Shown here: in pieces, positions 59,677-64,000 of the stretch
How positions within the stretch are numbered: position 1 is the stretch's first letter
Layout: each line of letters opens with the position of its first letter
Assembly: GCA_963825245.1 (NCBI GenBank)
Contig: CAWGSJ010000008.1
Coordinates: 265,736-329,735 of the forward strand
Source of the DNA: an uncultured Acidobacteriota bacterium
Lineage (GTDB): Bacteria; Acidobacteriota; Vicinamibacteria; Vicinamibacterales; CAVVIG01
DNA: 64,000 bases
Direction of reading: 5' to 3'
Program-made: the position numbers and the translations under genes
Notes under the pieces: model-generated
What the model saw: only the letters and a program-made list of their open reading frames with translations
Database searches by the model: none
What the model was told of the DNA's origin: nothing

Positions 59677-61333
59677 CTACAGCATTGGATGCTTCACGTG
59701 ATGGTCGGTCCTGGACTGAAACGCGTGCGCCAGAAGGAACAGTTCCGATCCTTCGAAGAACCCGCTGGGGACGCTCAAAATTGGATAGCCGAGACGATTG
59801 GTGAGCACGTTGTTGGTCCCGAGAAAGAGATCCAGATTGGACATCGCGGCGTCCACCAGTCCCATCACGCGCATGCGATACCGGTTCGCCTGGATGTACT
59901 CGACTGCGGGAATGAAACGGCCTGCACGGATGTCGGCGGGGCGAGTGCTCTGCTCGGGACCGTTCTCGACATCGCGGAGCGTGCCGCTGCGCGTTGGTTC
60001 GTCGAACGCCGCCGCCGTTTCCGCCCACCGGATGAAGTCGATGGCCGGTATCTCGACGTCGGGCAGATCGAATGGCACCACCTGGACGCCCATGCCGCGG
60101 ATGATCCTCAGGGCTTCTTCGTTGTTCCGGCGCGTCGCGAGTTGTCTGGCGGTTTCCCCACGCCGGCTTTCAAATGCGGACCGGAGGTAGCCGGCGCGCA
60201 GTCTCCGGACGTCTGCCGTGGCATCCCATCGAAAGGGCACGTCGAGAACGCTGTTGTCCTTGCCGTCGGGGCCGTAGATCGCGTCGAACACGAGGGCGCA
60301 ATCCTCGGCCGATCGACACAGTGGACCGACAGTGTCTTGCGTCCAGGCCAGCGTCATTCCACCGTGTCGGCTGACGCGTCCGAACGTGGGCCGTAAACCG
60401 GCAACACCGTTTCGTTCGGCCGGTCCAGTGATCGATCCGCCTGTGTCCGAGCCGATGGCGAACCCGACGAGTCCAGCGGCCGTGGCTGCGCCTGAACCGG
60501 CCGACGAACCAGCCGCATCTTCGTTGGCGTTCCAAGGGTTGCGAGTCAATCCGCCGAACCATCGTGCTCCCACCGCGAGCGCTCCGGTCGACAGCTTCGC
60601 GACCATGATCGCGCCAGCGGCTCTGAGCTTCGTATAGACCGTGGCGTCGGTGTCGATAATCCGATCCTTCCACGGCGAGGCTCCCCACGTGGTTCTGGTC
60701 CCGCGCACGGCGAACAGATCCTTGAGGCCGAACGGAATGCCGTGCAATGGTCCGCGGTACCTGCCGGCGGCGATTTCGTCGTCGGCTTCGCGGGCCTGCG
60801 CCCGCGCCATCTCCGGCGTGAGAGAGACGACGCAGTGGAGGATGGGATCGTATTTAGCAAGTCGCGACAGAGACAGCTCAGTGAGCTCGGACGGCTTGAC
60901 CTGACGCGTCTCGACGAGCCTCGCGAGATGTGTCACGGGCAGAAACGCCAGCGCCTCGTCGGTTGACGGTCTCGAGACGTCGGGCGCGCGACGTCAGCCC
61001 ACGGGCTCCCGACGGAAGGACCTTTCCTGGCGGGACCGGATTGAACACAATCGACGGCGGCTCGTCGTCTCGGAGATTGGCGGCGCGCAACGCGGCAAAC
61101 CCGGCCATGTATCCACTAGCCGCGTCGAGTCGCGTCAGAATCGCCTGTTGTTCGGCTCGAGTGAAAGAGACAGCCGCGATCTTCTGCGCGGCCTGGAGGA
61201 TGTCGATGGTGACGATGTCGGCGTCCTGCGCGGCGATCGTGAGCGCCTCTGGCAGGAGGGTCGAGCCGAGGCCCATCGCCGACAGGCATGCGAGGAAATG
61301 CCGCCGGTTGCGCGCGACTCGTGCTTCGTTCAT
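59677..61333 (-). CDS. Amidase-signature enzyme with Tat signal (frameshift near 60970)
   Basis: NRRHFL, GPLHGIPFGLKD, GSSAGS, GSDTGGSI, GLRPTFGRVSR. Confidence 0.88.
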
Positions 61334-61343
61334 GGTGCGTGAC

Positions 61344-62558
61344 CTAGTGTGCGCGGCGAGCTTGAGCTCTAGTGAAAGCCAGGATCGCATCGGCGCCGCG
61401 AGCGGCTCCACCCGCGGCCGCGAACGACTTCCCGGCGAGAGCGGCCTGAATTCTGAACCGCTCGTCGCTCTGTACGCGACGGACCGATTGTCGGAGCACG
61501 TCCGCCGTGACTGCTGTTTTCGTGATACAGAGACCTGCCCCAAGGTCCTCCACTCGCCTGGCGACAATCTCCTGCTCGCCCATCTGCGGCACGAGCACCA
61601 GCGGCACGCCGTGGTGCAGGCTCTCACTCACGCTGTTCATGCCGCCGTGCGAGACGAACACCGAAGCGCGCCGCAGGACATCCAGTTGCGAAACCCATGG
61701 CTTGACGACGACGTTGGCTGGCGGCGGACCGAGACTCGCTTCGGCGATCGCGGTGCCGATGGACATGATTACGCGGGCACCTTGTCCTCCGAACGCGTCG
61801 AAGCAGGTTCGATAGAACGCCGGATCGGCATTGAACAGCGTGCCCAGCGAGACATAGATCACGTCAGTCTGTGCGGTTTCGTCCGACGGAACACTCGCGG
61901 GCTCGCTCCGAAGATCGACCGACGGTCCGATGAACTGGAAGCGATCGTCGAAACTCTCCGCGCACGGCTGGAAGTGGCGAGACGTATAGACGATGTTCAG
62001 ATCCGAAGACCCGAACACCAGACCCATGATCCCGGTACCCGGGACGCCGTACTGGCGCCGGAGCCGGCGACCGAGCATCGCCGCCTTCCCGACGTGCCGG
62101 ATCTTCGACAAGGCGAGCCGGACGCTCCGCGGCCGGGTTCCACGGGAAGCAGCGTATGCGAGCACGTGCCGATTGACGGCGAAGGTCGTCACCGACGTCA
62201 CCACCGGCAGGTCGAGGATCTGAGCGACCCACTGCCCCCACGGCGCAACCGAGTCGCTGATGATGTAGTCTGCCCGTTCCACACGAAATGCGTCGAGGTG
62301 GCGGGCGAGTACTTCCCCTGTCGTCCGCGTCAGCAGCCACGCCATCTCGTCGGTCCGTTCCGACAGCTGGCGGAGGTTTGCGAGAAACGGGACCTGATAC
62401 CCACGATATCGTGCGCCCGTCTTCAGAATGCCGTCGGCAAATGCGTCGCCGGAGAAGTAGACGACCTCGTCTCCGCGCTCGACGAGCGCGCGAACAAGCG
62501 GCAGCGACGGGTTCGTGTGCCCGTGGAGCGGCAGACCAAGGAACAGAGCTTTCGCCAT
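61344..62558 (-). CDS. GT1 glycosyltransferase, MGT/macrolide type
   Basis: HGHTNPSL, YVSLGT, WVSQLDVL...HGGMNSVSESL...VP..GEQ. Confidence 0.92.
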   Translation of the reverse strand: MAKALFLGLPLHGHTNPSLPLVRALVERGDEVVYFSGDAFADGILKTGARYRGYQVPFLANLRQLSERTDEMAWLLTRTTGEVLARHLDAFRVERADYIISDSVAPWGQWVAQILDLPVVTSVTTFAVNRHVLAYAASRGTRPRSVRLALSKIRHVGKAAMLGRRLRRQYGVPGTGIMGLVFGSSDLNIVYTSRHFQPCAESFDDRFQFIGPSVDLRSEPASVPSDETAQTDVIYVSLGTLFNADPAFYRTCFDAFGGQGARVIMSIGTAIAEASLGPPPANVVVKPWVSQLDVLRRASVFVSHGGMNSVSESLHHGVPLVLVPQMGEQEIVARRVEDLGAGLCITKTAVTADVLRQSVRRVQSDERFRIQAALAGKSFAAAGGAARGADAILAFTRAQARRAH

Positions 62559-62627
62559 GCGGCGTCGACCCGCTGGTTACTTTACGCGCCATGATCGATC
62601 CTTCTTCACGATCAATTGCCACGCTTC

Positions 62628-62652
62628 AGCATGGTATATTTCATACCATGCT
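62628..62652. promoter_or_regulatory. Antitoxin operator palindrome
   Basis: AGCATGGTAT-ATTTC-ATACCATGCT, perfect 10-bp arms overlapping the antitoxin start. Confidence 0.7.
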
Positions 62653-62860
62653 TGTTACCATGGATGCGGCGGGACGGCTGGTGATCCCGCGCGAGATCCG
62701 GCGCGAGGCGGCGCTCGAGCCCCACATGCCGCTCGAGATCCGCTGGCACGACGGCGTCATCGAAATCGAGCCCCAGCCGCTGCCAGTCACGCTGCAGCGT
62801 CAAGGACGGCTCCTGGTGGCGCAACCAGTGGATCGCGTGGCCCCGCTTCGCGCCGCGACC
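62648..62860 (+). pseudogene. AbrB/MazE-type (VapB) antitoxin, 3'-truncated
   Basis: MDAAGRLVIPREIR...GVIEIEP; similarity ends at the junction near 62858. Confidence 0.75.
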
Positions 62861-63051
62861 TGCTCCAGCAGCTCGCGGCATCCGGGATCGGGGGCGGACG
62901 AAGCTATGATGCGTTGATCGCGGCCGCCGCTCGTCACGGCGGAGCGGACGCGCTGCTGACGTTCAACCCCCGCGACTTCGAAAGACTCCCGCAGACACCG
63001 CCGATCGTCGAGCCGCCGGATCCGGCTCCATCGTCGAACCGGCGCACGTGA
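62854..63051 (+). pseudogene. PIN-domain (VapC) toxin C-terminal remnant
   Basis: GGRSYDALIAAAA...LLTFNPRDF; the N-terminal half and start codon are absent. Confidence 0.75.
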
Positions 63052-64000
63052 GCCCGACCGTGAACTTCAAGCCATACGTTGCCGCCGACACCCGGCTGCC
63101 GGAAGCAACCATCAAGGCGTACGTTCCCGGAATTCTCTTCGGGATCATTTTCGGCGCGGCAAACGCGTATCTCGGTCTTCGCGCCGGACTGACCATCTCG
63201 ACGTCGATCCCGATCGCGGTGATGACCGTCGCCGCCTACAAGGTGCTCGCCGCGGCGGGCCGGCGCGGCAGCATCCTCGAAGCGAACATGTCGCAGGCGA
63301 TCGGATCGGCCTCGAGCTCGGTGGCGAGCGGCATCATCTTCACTATCCCGGCGCTGTTCCTGTGGAACCTCGACCCGACCGTCCTGCAGATGACGCTCCT
63401 CGCGCTGGCCGGCGGCCTGCTCGGCGTCCTTTTCATGATTCCCCTGCGCCGGCTGTTGATCGAGAAGGAGCACGCTACGCTTCCGTACCCAGAAGGCACA
63501 GCGTGTGCCGAGGTGCTGGTTGCCAGCGAGGCCGGCGGCGCCCGCTCGCAGGGAGTGTTTGCCGGGCTCGGCGTCGGCGCGCTCTTCAAGGCCCTCGCCG
63601 GCGGCGTGCAGGTCTTCCCCGACAGCTTCGAGACACGCGTACCGTTCGTGCCCAAGGGACAGATCGGAACCGAGATCTCCGCCGCGCTGTTCGGCGTCGG
63701 CTACATCCTCGGCCCGCGCGTCGGCACCGTCATGGTCGGCGGCGGCCTCCTGTCGTCGCTGGTGATCATTCCGATCATCGCGACATGGGGTGAATCACGG
63801 ACCACACCGTTCTTCCCGGAAACGGAATTGACGATCGCCCAGATGAGCGCCAGTCAGATCTGGTCGCGCTACGTCCGCTACATCGGTGCCGGCGCCGTCG
63901 CGACCGCCGGCATCATCACGCTGATTCGCAGCATTCCGACGATGATCGAGAGCTTCCGTGTGGGCGCAGGCCAGATGCGCGCGACAGGGGTCGACACGGC
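63048..64000 (+). CDS. OPT-family oligopeptide transporter (3'-truncated by window edge)
   Basis: NAYLGLRAGLTISTSIP, ILEANM, FTIPAL, LPYPEGTACAEVL, GVGYILG. Confidence 0.92.
   Translation, partial: MSPTVNFKPYVAADTRLPEATIKAYVPGILFGIIFGAANAYLGLRAGLTISTSIPIAVMTVAAYKVLAAAGRRGSILEANMSQAIGSASSSVASGIIFTIPALFLWNLDPTVLQMTLLALAGGLLGVLFMIPLRRLLIEKEHATLPYPEGTACAEVLVASEAGGARSQGVFAGLGVGALFKALAGGVQVFPDSFETRVPFVPKGQIGTEISAALFGVGYILGPRVGTVMVGGGLLSSLVIIPIIATWGESRTTPFFPETELTIAQMSASQIWSRYVRYIGAGAVATAGIITLIRSIPTMIESFRVGAGQMRATGVDT

Noticed and set aside
1-64000. tRNA, rRNA, transposase, integrase, prophage or defence-system genes
   Set aside because: None recognisable on either strand; the RAYT expected for the REPs is not in this window.

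Overview
High-GC bacterial chromosomal segment, most likely Acidobacteriota subdivision 6 (Vicinamibacterales-like). This is inferred from the Acidobacterial-type VWA+TPR pair, PadR-ABC cassette, DUF1553/DUF1501 pair and ECF sigma-Ser/Thr kinase pair. It holds about 55 protein-coding genes: peptidases, transporters, a tdh-thrB-thrC cluster, an ACP-FAAL-led operon, AlgI/AlgJ-like acetylation genes, a PQQ dehydrogenase and a collagen-like protein. I saw no tRNA, rRNA, CRISPR array or transposase. Many genes carry 1-bp indels in patches, most likely long-read consensus errors, so their ends were reconstructed by eye. Main non-obvious signals: (1) a c-di-AMP (ydaO-class) riboswitch with its own sigma70 promoter directly upstream of an SPFH/band-7 gene; (2) many GTAG-tagged REP-like palindromes that supply stop codons to about nine genes and also sit in frame inside proteins; (3) two direct copies of a composite 24-bp-unit element bracketing the VWA-TPR cassette; (4) an internally deleted VapBC toxin-antitoxin module that keeps its operator. 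No database searches were run; all family calls come from recognising motifs.
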